Below, piece by piece: positions 55,331 through 64,000 of a stretch of DNA of 64,000 nucleotides. The position numbers and the translations under genes are program-made. This DNA is from an uncultured Candidatus Saccharibacteria bacterium (GTDB taxonomy: Bacteria; Patescibacteriota; UBA1384; DTJR01): assembly GCA_964487045.1 (NCBI GenBank), contig CAZAOT010000002.1, positions 195,511 to 259,510 on the forward strand, read 5' to 3'. Under the pieces are notes generated by a model, which was not told the origin of the DNA, did not search any database, and saw only the letters and a program-made list of their open reading frames with translations. Positions within the stretch are counted from its first letter, which is position 1. Each line of letters begins with the position of its first letter.

Positions 55331-56794
55331 ATGGCTATAAAGCAACAAGCATTAGAAAAATATCTTTGGGGAGCAGCGACTTTGCTTCGTGGTGTTATCG
55401 ATGCCGGAGATTATAAGCAATACATCTTTCCTCTACTTTTCTATAAAAGAATATGTGATGTATATGACGAAGAAACCGCTACAGCCTTAGAAGAATTCGG
55501 GGGTGATTTTGCAGAAAATCATCGTTTCAAGGTTCCGAAAAATTCACATTGGAATGATGTCCGTCAGATTACGGTGAATGTTGGACAAGCGCTACATACT
55601 GCCTTGAGAGAAATCGAAAAAGCTAACCAAGATATGCTCTATGGGATATTTGGTGATGCATCTTGGACGAACAAAGATCGCCTTTCGGATGAAATTTTAA
55701 TAAATATACTCGAGCATTTTTCTGAACAAAATCTAAGTGTAGCGAACGTTCCCAACGATGAGTTGGGCGATGCCTATGAATTTTTGATTAAAAAGTTTGC
55801 AGATGATAGCGGTCACACAGCAGCTGAATTTTATACAAACCGAACCGTGGTTCATTTAATGACTTTAATAATGGACCCACAGCCAGGTGAAAGCATTTAT
55901 GATCCGACATGCGGTTCAGGCGGACTATTACTTAATTGTGTAAATCATTTGAAAGAACGAGGTAAAGAATTCAGAACACTCAAGCTGTACGGACAAGAAC
56001 TAAATCTTATGACCTCGTCTATCGCTCGTATGAATATGTTCCTGCATGGGATCGAGGATTTTCAGATTGTTAGGGGGGACACGCTTGCCCAACCTAAGTT
56101 CCTTGAGAATGACCAGCTTAAAACATTTGATGTCATTCTGGCTAATCCACCTTACTCAATTAAAAGATGGAATCGTGATGCATGGACCAAGGATCCATAT
56201 GGCAGAAATATTTACGGAACACCACCACAAGGTTGTGCTGACTATGCTTTTGAGCAGCATATTCTTAAGAGCTCAAATATAGAGCGAGGTAGAAGCGTTG
56301 TTCTTTGGCCACATGGAGTTCTCTTTCGGAATACCGAACAAGTATTTCGTGAAAAGATGCTAAAAGACGATATTGTAGATGCGGTGATTGGTCTTGGGCC
56401 GAACCTATTCTATAATTCGCCGATGGAATCCTGCTTACTGGTCTGCAGAAGTAACAAACCCGAAGAACGTAAAGGTAAGGTAATTTTTATAAACGCCGTT
56501 AATGACGTCACTAGACAGAATGCCTTTTCTTATTTAGAAGATGAGTCCATTCAAAAAATCTATAATGCCTACAAAGCTTTTGAAGATATTAATGGATTCG
56601 CCAAAGTTATTGACAATGATGCAATTATTTCAAATAAATCAAATCTGAGTATACCCCTTTATGTTTCACAAATTTCTTCAACGGAGGAGCAAAAAGATGT
56701 TATGGAAGTCGTTAAAGAATGGGCTGAAAGCAGCAAAAAGTTAAAAAAGAGTGCCGAGGAACTTTTTCAGATGATCGAAAAGGAGTTGATATGA
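55331..56794 (+). CDS. hsdM: Type I restriction-modification system methyltransferase subunit HsdM (copy 2, divergent paralogue).
   Basis: Same architecture as copy 1: YIFPLLFYKRICDVYDEE, motif I DPTCGSGGLL, motif IV NPPYS. Roughly half the residues are identical to copy 1 by eye. Starts 3 bp after the copy 1 stop. Confidence 0.85.
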   Translation: MAIKQQALEKYLWGAATLLRGVIDAGDYKQYIFPLLFYKRICDVYDEETATALEEFGGDFAENHRFKVPKNSHWNDVRQITVNVGQALHTALREIEKANQDMLYGIFGDASWTNKDRLSDEILINILEHFSEQNLSVANVPNDELGDAYEFLIKKFADDSGHTAAEFYTNRTVVHLMTLIMDPQPGESIYDPTCGSGGLLLNCVNHLKERGKEFRTLKLYGQELNLMTSSIARMNMFLHGIEDFQIVRGDTLAQPKFLENDQLKTFDVILANPPYSIKRWNRDAWTKDPYGRNIYGTPPQGCADYAFEQHILKSSNIERGRSVVLWPHGVLFRNTEQVFREKMLKDDIVDAVIGLGPNLFYNSPMESCLLVCRSNKPEERKGKVIFINAVNDVTRQNAFSYLEDESIQKIYNAYKAFEDINGFAKVIDNDAIISNKSNLSIPLYVSQISSTEEQKDVMEVVKEWAESSKKLKKSAEELFQMIEKELI

Positions 56795-57942
56795 TGGCAG
56801 CCGAATCACAAATAAAAAATATCTTGAATAATGAGGATAAATCTACTTGGGATTTGGTGTCTTTTGGCGATGTAGCAAGGGAACCGAGAGAATCGATCTC
56901 AAATCTTGAAGAAAGTCAAGTAAAACGGTTTGTCGGCCTAGAGCATATTAGTCCCAAGGATATTCACATCAGGTCATGGGGCGATGTTTCCGATGGAACT
57001 ACTTTCACCAGATCATTTAAAAAAGGGCAGGTGCTTTTCGGTAAAAGACGTGCCTATCAAGGCAAGGCTGCTTTAGCGGACTTTGACGGAGTTTGTTCTG
57101 GCGACATATTAGTTCTCGAGGCAAATGAAGAAAAAATGGAGCCAGGGTTATTGCCATTCTTAGTACATAGCGAAGGTTTTTATAATTGGGCCGTAAGCAC
57201 TTCTGCGGGATCACTTTCTCCTCGTACAAAATTCAAAGATTTATCTCGATACGAATTCCGGCTTCCGCCACGACTTCTTCAGAAGCAAATGGTGCGAATA
57301 CTGTGGGCTATCGATGAGGCTGAGAGTGGGTATATTAAGTTCTGTGAATCATTGAAATCAATGAAGAAGGCACTTTTCCAATTCTTCACCAGAGAAGCCG
57401 AACCAAAAAAAAGACTTGGAGAGTGTCTTATTCTTTCAAAAAAGAAGAGTGCATATCCTCACGAGGAAAAGTATTATTTAGGATTGGAGAATATCGATTC
57501 AGGGGCTTATGTTACAAATAGATCTATAGACGCGAAAGCAGTAAAATCAACCTGTAATATTTTCACAAAAGGTCAATTGCTTTACAGTAAACTTAGGCCC
57601 AATCTGGATAAAGCGATCATCTCAAGTTTTGAAGGTATTTGTACAACCGAGCTTCTTGTCTATGATGCCAAAGATAACAATAATTTGTATTACATTCTTA
57701 ATTTCTTACACTCAGATGATTTTATCCATTATGCAACTTCAAGAAGTTTCGGTACTAAAATGCCAAGGACATCACACGAGATTATTTCTGAATATTTGAT
57801 TTACGCTCCCACTGGCAAAGAACAAGAAGAGATATTAGAACAATTTTCCAAGATAAACGAATTAGAAGAAAGCTCTAAATCTCTGTTACGTAAGATAAAT
57901 CAGATAAAAACATCAATTATAAGTAAGGGGTTTAACAAATGA
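56791..57942 (+). CDS. hsdS: Type I restriction-modification specificity subunit HsdS.
   Basis: 383 aa with two target-recognition-domain halves separated by conserved helical spacers. Overlaps the stops/starts of the flanking hsdM and hsdR. Confidence 0.75.
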   Translation: MMAAESQIKNILNNEDKSTWDLVSFGDVAREPRESISNLEESQVKRFVGLEHISPKDIHIRSWGDVSDGTTFTRSFKKGQVLFGKRRAYQGKAALADFDGVCSGDILVLEANEEKMEPGLLPFLVHSEGFYNWAVSTSAGSLSPRTKFKDLSRYEFRLPPRLLQKQMVRILWAIDEAESGYIKFCESLKSMKKALFQFFTREAEPKKRLGECLILSKKKSAYPHEEKYYLGLENIDSGAYVTNRSIDAKAVKSTCNIFTKGQLLYSKLRPNLDKAIISSFEGICTTELLVYDAKDNNNLYYILNFLHSDDFIHYATSRSFGTKMPRTSHEIISEYLIYAPTGKEQEEILEQFSKINELEESSKSLLRKINQIKTSIISKGFNK

Positions 57943-60911
57943 CATTTAATGAACTAAATACAACAGAACACTTTATTCTGAATGAATTAGCTGGGATCAG
58001 CTTGGAGCAGCTTAAGGATGAGAATTATCGTGCTTCCGAGTCAGCCTTTCAGCCCGGTTCTGGGCAGTGGATTTATGCACCGTATAACCAATTGAAAAGA
58101 GAATTTTCGGATGTGCTTATTGAGTCTTTGCTCAAGGATGCACTTGTTCGGCTAAATCCCGACATTGCGACAAACCCTGCAAGAGCAGATGAAGTAATAT
58201 ATAAATTACGTGCCATTCTAATATCTGTTGGTAACTCTGGGTTGGTTCGAGCGAATGAGGAATTTTCAGCGTGGTTGCGGGGCGATAAGAGCATGCCATT
58301 TGGTGAAAATAATCAGCATGTAAGTATTAACCTGATCGATTTTGAAAATCCAAAGAACAATACATATATTGTTACAAATCAATACACTGTAAAAGGATCA
58401 GCTGAAAAGCGACCAGATATGGTTATGCTGGTGAATGGAATTCCTCTTGTTACAGCTGAATTCAAAACTCCGGTTCGTCCGGCAATCTCATGGCTTGATG
58501 GCGCAATTGATATCCACGATGATTATGAGAATACGATTCCTCAATTATTTGTCCCGAATGTATTTTCTTTTTCAACGGAGGGTAAAACATTTCGTTATGG
58601 TTCAGTAAGAATGCCACTTGAACTTTGGGGTCCTTGGCGCAATCAAGCCGCAAGCAGCTCGGGTTTATCAGAAATCAAACAAGCTCTGAACGGTTTGCTC
58701 AAACCAGAGAACATGCTTGATATGCTACAGAACTTCACTTTATTTGCTACGGACAACAAGAAACAGAGAATTAAGATTATCGCTCGATATCAGCAATTCG
58801 AAGGTGCAAATATGATTGTTGAACGAGTAAAAGCTGGTAAGCCTAAAAAAGGTCTTATTTGGCATTTTCAGGGTTCTGGTAAATCTTTGTTGATGGTTTT
58901 TGCGGCACAGAAATTGCGTCGTAGCCCAGAGCTGAAGAGCCCAACTGTACTCATTGTCGTAGACCGTGTTGATCTAGATACTCAAATCACAGGAACCTTT
59001 AATGCTACCGATGTGCCAAATGTAATATCCACCGATAATAGGTCAGAGCTTCAGGAGTTGCTTAGCAAAGACACAAGAAAAATTATCATCACAACTATTT
59101 TTAAGTTTGCAGAAGCGGATGGAGTTTTGAACGATAGAGAGAATATCATTGCGCTCGTTGATGAGGCTCATCGTACCCAAGAAGGTGATCTGGGAAGAAA
59201 GATGCGTGACGCCTTACCAAATGCGTTTCTTTTTGGTCTAACTGGAACCCCTATTAACAAATCTGATCGTAATACTTTTTGGGCTTTTGGCGCCGAAGAG
59301 GATGAACAAGGTTACATGTCGAGATACACATTCCAAGATTCGATTCGCGATAATGCCACGCTCCCACTTCATTTTGAACCACGGTTGCTCGAAGTTCATG
59401 TTGAAAAAGATTTGATTGATGCAGAATTCGATCTGATAACTGAGCATTTATCTGAGACCGATAGGACTAATCTCGTCAAAAAAGCGGCGCAAATGTCAGC
59501 GTTTCTTAAATCCCCAGCTCGTGTCCACATGATAGTAAAGGATATAGTTAACCACTTTAATACTAAAGTCGATCCATTCGCATTTAAAGCACAAATTGTC
59601 ACGCCTGATCGAGCTGCCTGCGATCAATATAAACAGGAACTTGATAAATTGTTACCTCCTGAAGCAAGTGCCGTTGTTATTTCAACTGGTGGCAAGGGTG
59701 AGTCAGATACCGATCTTAAGCAAAAATATTACATTACCAAAGAAGAACAGGAAAAATTACTCGATAATTTTAGAGATCCTCAGCATCCATTAAAGTTCTT
59801 AATTGTGACTGCAAAGCTCCTGACTGGCTTTGACGCACCTATTCTTCAATGTATGTATCTCGATAAAGCCCTTAAAGATCATAATTTATTGCAGGCAATC
59901 TGCCGAACAAACCGTGTTTATAAAGATAAAACGCATGGTTTAGTGGTTGACTACTTTGGTGTGTTTGATGATGTTGCAAAAGCTCTTGAGTTTGATGACG
60001 CTAGCGTCCGCTTGGTAATCACTGATATCAACGAGATTAAAAGTAAGCTGCAACAACTCATCGACCAGTGCCTTTCTCATTTTGGTGAAGTTGATCGTTC
60101 GGTTGAAGGTTACGAAGGACTGTTGCTTGCTCAGGATTGCCTAAATACCGACGAGAAAAGGGATGAATTCGCCGCTGACTATAGTTTGTTATCTAGAGCA
60201 TGGGAAGCGTTATCTCCCGACCCAATTTTGAATAAGTTTCAAAAAGAATATTCTTGGTTATCTCAGGTTTACGAATCGGTTAGGCCAGCATCGGGTGATA
60301 CAGGGAGGTTGTTGTGGCATGCGCTTGGTGCCCAGACGATGAAACTTGTACATGATCATATCCAAGTTCAGCGGGTCAATGATGATTTAGAAGAGATAGT
60401 CCTTGATGCTCAAGTTGTTGAGGATTTGATGAAAAAAGGAAACGAGAAAAATATCAAGCTCATTGAACTAGAGATTAGTAAAAGACTTAGTGGTCACGGA
60501 AATGATCCTAAGTTTGTGGCCTTGGGCATTCGGCTGGAGGAATTGCGGGACAGGGCTGAAAGGGGTTTGATTAACAGTGTTGAGTTTCTAAAAGATCTTA
60601 TTCAGATCGCGAAAGATACAGTGCAACTTGAGAACAAGTTGGATCCACAAGAGAAGAAAGACACTGCTAAGACCGCCCTCACAGAATTGTTCTTGGAGAT
60701 GAAAACAGAACAAACTCCCGCGATAGTAGAGAGAATTGTAAATGACATTGACGAAATAGTAAAGATTGTGCGTTTCCCTGGTTGGCAAAGTACGGCAGCA
60801 GGCGAAAGAGAAGTTAAACAGGCTCTCCGCAAGACGCTCTATAAGTATTCTCTGCACAAAGACAATATTTTATTCGATCGATCCTACGAATATATAAGGC
60901 AGTATTACTAA
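57939..60911 (+). CDS. hsdR: Type I restriction enzyme R subunit HsdR.
   Basis: 990 aa. N-terminal nuclease domain, SF2 helicase motifs (GSGKS, DEAH within LVDEAHRTQEG, QAICRTNR) and a C-terminal helical domain. Confidence 0.9.
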   Translation: MTFNELNTTEHFILNELAGISLEQLKDENYRASESAFQPGSGQWIYAPYNQLKREFSDVLIESLLKDALVRLNPDIATNPARADEVIYKLRAILISVGNSGLVRANEEFSAWLRGDKSMPFGENNQHVSINLIDFENPKNNTYIVTNQYTVKGSAEKRPDMVMLVNGIPLVTAEFKTPVRPAISWLDGAIDIHDDYENTIPQLFVPNVFSFSTEGKTFRYGSVRMPLELWGPWRNQAASSSGLSEIKQALNGLLKPENMLDMLQNFTLFATDNKKQRIKIIARYQQFEGANMIVERVKAGKPKKGLIWHFQGSGKSLLMVFAAQKLRRSPELKSPTVLIVVDRVDLDTQITGTFNATDVPNVISTDNRSELQELLSKDTRKIIITTIFKFAEADGVLNDRENIIALVDEAHRTQEGDLGRKMRDALPNAFLFGLTGTPINKSDRNTFWAFGAEEDEQGYMSRYTFQDSIRDNATLPLHFEPRLLEVHVEKDLIDAEFDLITEHLSETDRTNLVKKAAQMSAFLKSPARVHMIVKDIVNHFNTKVDPFAFKAQIVTPDRAACDQYKQELDKLLPPEASAVVISTGGKGESDTDLKQKYYITKEEQEKLLDNFRDPQHPLKFLIVTAKLLTGFDAPILQCMYLDKALKDHNLLQAICRTNRVYKDKTHGLVVDYFGVFDDVAKALEFDDASVRLVITDINEIKSKLQQLIDQCLSHFGEVDRSVEGYEGLLLAQDCLNTDEKRDEFAADYSLLSRAWEALSPDPILNKFQKEYSWLSQVYESVRPASGDTGRLLWHALGAQTMKLVHDHIQVQRVNDDLEEIVLDAQVVEDLMKKGNEKNIKLIELEISKRLSGHGNDPKFVALGIRLEELRDRAERGLINSVEFLKDLIQIAKDTVQLENKLDPQEKKDTAKTALTELFLEMKTEQTPAIVERIVNDIDEIVKIVRFPGWQSTAAGEREVKQALRKTLYKYSLHKDNILFDRSYEYIRQYY

Positions 60912-60920
60912 ATTAACCTT

Positions 60921-62480
60921 ATGAAACTTCTATTAGCTGGTCCCGGTACAGGTAAAACGACTAAGATAAAGGAGATGTTGACATCTCACTCCAATCTGGA
61001 TAGGGTGTTAGTTTTGTCTTTCACGAATGCTACAGTCCAAGATCTGATCCAAAGCTTTGCTGAAGATGGAATCGATATTACAGACCGTAATTGCCAGACA
61101 CTGCATAAATATGCATTGAGGCTGAATCATCAAAAAAATTTGCATATCCTAAATTCCGTTGAGGAAGATTGTCTTGGTTTTTATTCGAAAAAGTTCAATA
61201 TAGCTTTCCGCGATTTGTGTCGCGTGTTGGGGTGTATAACATTCGATCAAATGATTGTCCAAACAACGGCATATATTCAATCTAACCCAGCGTATCTTAA
61301 TGACCTTATTGGAGAAATAGATTTATTGATTGTCGATGAATATCAAGATTTTAACCAAACTGAAAGAGGTCTTATTTCATTAATTTCACAAAATGCAAAT
61401 GATTCCATCATATTAGGTGATGACGATCAATGCATATATGATTTTAAAGATGCAGATGCAGACGGAATAATGCAATTATATAACGACAGTGATGTCGAAA
61501 ATTTAGATCATCACAATGTCTGCTACCGTTGTCCGGACTGTGTTATTGACGCTTCTACTTCTCTTATTCAAAATAATCAACGGAGAGTCGCTAAGAATTG
61601 GATCAAAAATGGTAAAGAGGGTCAGCTTACATTTTGTCAATTTAGAACTCGGGATGAAGAGGCTGATTACATAATCAAAGAGATAGCATCCATTAAAAGT
61701 AACGACCCCAATTCAAGCATTATGGTTCTTTCGTCAGTAGGGTTTGCGCTAGATATAATTCATGACCAGCTCATCGAAAAAAACATTGAATTTGCTAATC
61801 TTTGCAGCCAAAAAATAGATCTAGAGAGCTTGAAAAAGCTTTGGGAAGTCAGGGCTATTCTAGGTAGTAAGAAAATACTGAATTTGCTATTTTTAATATT
61901 CCCTGGCATAAAAGGCAGTAAAAAATTATTAGCTGCACTAGCAACGAAGATGGGCGATACCTTAAGTGTCGAGACTATCGTAGACTTTATTGAGAATAAC
62001 AAGCTCATTGATTTTGATCTCCTCGAGTCGATAAAAAAAGGTCGATCTCTACAGGATCTGGTAAATGAATCTCAATATCTATTCCTGGCAGAACACCTGA
62101 ATGAATCAAAACTCGAGAGTGATTTAGAAAAGATCTCGCAGCTCATAACGGAGCCTGTATCTTTTGACCAAAATGGTATAAATCTTCTTTCCATCCATAA
62201 GTCAAAAGGCTTACAAGCGGAAAATGTGTTCATCGTCGGAGCAGTTGAAGGAATATTGCCCAATGTTCTTAGGGGGTTAGACAGTATTGAAATGCAAAGA
62301 AGATTACTTTTCGTTGGTATGAGTCGTTCCAAATCTAAACTCTATATTACATCAGCGATTGAATGGGACGGGAAATATGTAAATAAGTCAGACAAGGCTC
62401 AGTTTAAGTTTGACTTTAGATCTAGAAAGTATCTAGGCCGTGCATCTACATTTATATCAGAACTTAATTTACCGCAATGA
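60921..62480 (+). CDS. Short UvrD/PcrA-like superfamily-1 helicase (519 aa). Candidate defence-associated helicase.
   Basis: Motif I AGPGTGKTT, motif II LIVDEYQDFN, motif VI-like SIHKSKGLQAENVFIVG. It lacks the long accessory domains of UvrD. Starts 10 bp after hsdR and overlaps the next gene by 4 bp. Confidence 0.75.
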   Translation: MKLLLAGPGTGKTTKIKEMLTSHSNLDRVLVLSFTNATVQDLIQSFAEDGIDITDRNCQTLHKYALRLNHQKNLHILNSVEEDCLGFYSKKFNIAFRDLCRVLGCITFDQMIVQTTAYIQSNPAYLNDLIGEIDLLIVDEYQDFNQTERGLISLISQNANDSIILGDDDQCIYDFKDADADGIMQLYNDSDVENLDHHNVCYRCPDCVIDASTSLIQNNQRRVAKNWIKNGKEGQLTFCQFRTRDEEADYIIKEIASIKSNDPNSSIMVLSSVGFALDIIHDQLIEKNIEFANLCSQKIDLESLKKLWEVRAILGSKKILNLLFLIFPGIKGSKKLLAALATKMGDTLSVETIVDFIENNKLIDFDLLESIKKGRSLQDLVNESQYLFLAEHLNESKLESDLEKISQLITEPVSFDQNGINLLSIHKSKGLQAENVFIVGAVEGILPNVLRGLDSIEMQRRLLFVGMSRSKSKLYITSAIEWDGKYVNKSDKAQFKFDFRSRKYLGRASTFISELNLPQ

Positions 62481-63199
62481 ACTATCGTCTAATTGCAATT
62501 CAAATTGGAGATATGCTGAAATATGACTCAACCGTTAACGACATTAATCGCGCCGCCCAATCAGTATTTAGTTTCAAATGCGACACATTCCCGAATGAAT
62601 CGATTACTTCTGTCCGAGCTCAATCGATTTTCGACTGGGTGATGTCGCTCGCAAGGCAAAGAATGGACAATGATGAGCGAAATGCGAGATTGCTTCAATT
62701 TATCGAATTGATCACTCCTGAATCTTTCAAAGACGCAATTAACAAAATATTAGATCAAGGCGGGCTTCTAACTCAGTCGGCAGTATCAAAAAATGACTTT
62801 CACAGCAGAAACTTTCACTCAGAGATTAATAAACATTGTTTGAAGTTATTTTCTCAGGGTAATTATTTTCATTCAGTCTTTGAGGCAGCAAAAGTGTTCA
62901 ATAAAAAAGTTCAGGAGAAAGCCAAGAGTGTAAAAGATGGTCAAGCTTTGATGATGGAGGCTTGGACGAGTTCGGGAGTATTAAAACTGACGCGTTGTGA
63001 AAGTGAAACCGATAAAAATGTTCAAGAGGGAGTCAAGTTTCTTTCGGCGGGACTGATGCAAGCGTTACGAAATCCAACTGCGCATGAACCGGCACTGGAT
63101 TGGCCAATATCCAAAGAAGATTGCCTGGATATGCTTAGTTTTATTTCGTATCTTCTAAGGCAATTGGATAAAGCAGTGTTTTTTAAGCAAGAGAAATGA
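62477..63199 (+). CDS. TIGR02391 (Hypoth_Ymh) family protein, a defence-island-associated domain.
   Basis: The C-terminal half (...FHSVFEAAKVFNKKVQEKA...GQALMMEAW...QEGVKFLSAGLMQALRNPTAHEP...DCLDMLSFISYLLRQLD) matches my recollection of the TIGR02391/Ymh pattern (F..A.K.LE...G..LM..AF...EQ.G...L..G....RNP.AH). Translationally coupled on both sides. Confidence 0.6.
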   Translation: MNYRLIAIQIGDMLKYDSTVNDINRAAQSVFSFKCDTFPNESITSVRAQSIFDWVMSLARQRMDNDERNARLLQFIELITPESFKDAINKILDQGGLLTQSAVSKNDFHSRNFHSEINKHCLKLFSQGNYFHSVFEAAKVFNKKVQEKAKSVKDGQALMMEAWTSSGVLKLTRCESETDKNVQEGVKFLSAGLMQALRNPTAHEPALDWPISKEDCLDMLSFISYLLRQLDKAVFFKQEK

Positions 63200-63993
63200 A
63201 ACTGAATTATCTTTTTGACTCAAATGCCGTACTAGTACAAGATGAGAATCCAAATGAAATTCACGACTTATACACCTTTAATTTTTTAGGAGAAAAAATC
63301 ATCTGGAAGGCTCAAAAGCCCGGGCGGGAGGTCGTCCTAGAGTTAGTTCTGCGTAACCAGAACTTTAAGAAGAAGATTGAGAAAATTCTAAAATTTGCGT
63401 CACTTGTTGTATATAGGGACAGCCATGTGGATAGCTTTAGATACTTGTTTCACGTGAACGCTAATGTAGGTCGATTACCAAGTCAGGCCGGACTAGAAAC
63501 TAGATTTATCGTTATTGGTAACGAGCCATTATTCACAAACAAAATGTGGTCTATGCTATCTTTTTATCTTGAGGCTAAAAATTCCACAAGTTTTTATTAT
63601 AAGTTTATTTGTTTGTATAAAATTATAGAGATTGATAATTTGCGGAATGAAAAACGAAATGGAAAAAAAATTCTAGTTGAAGATTCGCAAGCAACACAAA
63701 AGTATATCGAAATGGAAATAAGCAATATTCTAACCCGACAAGAGCTTGATGAACTCAATAGAGAGGTTGAATCAACAATGCTGAAAAATAAAAATATCGG
63801 AGAATATTTTAAGCATTTATTTCGTGATGCATTTGCTCACACCGGATACTTGACCAGAAACGATTATAAATTCGGTTATCCTACGATGAATCCGACAAAT
63901 TTTGATGATTATTTAAGATACCAGAAAGCCGTCAACTGGTTTGATGAAATAGCCAAGAGAGCAGTAAGAAAGAACGAGCCGAAACTAGCATGA
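63196..63993 (+). CDS. Hypothetical protein, third gene of the helicase-Ymh operon.
   Basis: 265-aa ORF whose start overlaps the upstream stop (ATGA). Another ATG at 63990 overlaps its stop, so the operon continues past the window. No family recognised. Confidence 0.5.
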   Translation: MKLNYLFDSNAVLVQDENPNEIHDLYTFNFLGEKIIWKAQKPGREVVLELVLRNQNFKKKIEKILKFASLVVYRDSHVDSFRYLFHVNANVGRLPSQAGLETRFIVIGNEPLFTNKMWSMLSFYLEAKNSTSFYYKFICLYKIIEIDNLRNEKRNGKKILVEDSQATQKYIEMEISNILTRQELDELNREVESTMLKNKNIGEYFKHLFRDAFAHTGYLTRNDYKFGYPTMNPTNFDDYLRYQKAVNWFDEIAKRAVRKNEPKLA

Positions 63994-64000
63994 ATTATCT

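Overview
The window reads as a low-GC, small-protein, CPR/Patescibacteria-like genome segment. Backbone genes are the dcw-cluster start (ftsI-ftsL-rsmH-mraZ), alr, recO, fpg, NUDIX hydrolases, galK and uvrC-uvrA-uvrB. Seven tRNA genes are present, and tRNA-end fragments and recombinase genes mark several apparently integrated elements. An element of about 10.6 kb sits at tRNA-Lys(CTT), flanked by a 19-bp direct repeat of the tRNA 3' end. It carries a large serine recombinase, a probable Type IIS restriction-modification system (two paralogous MTases plus an AlwI/PleI-family-like endonuclease) and surface and hypothetical proteins. A second island begins at a tRNA-Pro/Gly/Arg cluster and runs past the window end. 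It holds a large serine recombinase, a Type I RM system with two tandem divergent hsdM genes, hsdS and hsdR, then a translationally coupled operon of a short UvrD-like helicase, a TIGR02391/Ymh-domain protein and at least one unknown protein. This operon is the best candidate for an uncharacterised defence module. A roughly 4.7-kb GC-rich island (6.65-11.4 kb) carries leuA, a standalone LeuA regulatory-domain protein and four small Cys-rich ORFs, and is probably foreign. There is also a hotspot of tRNA 3'-end fragments, a conserved element of about 80 nt seen at three tRNA loci, a near-identical 780-bp duplication ending exactly at a tRNA-Arg 3' end, and a GC-rich structured non-coding region near 5.14-5.58 kb that may be RNase P RNA. 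No CRISPR array or rRNA was found.
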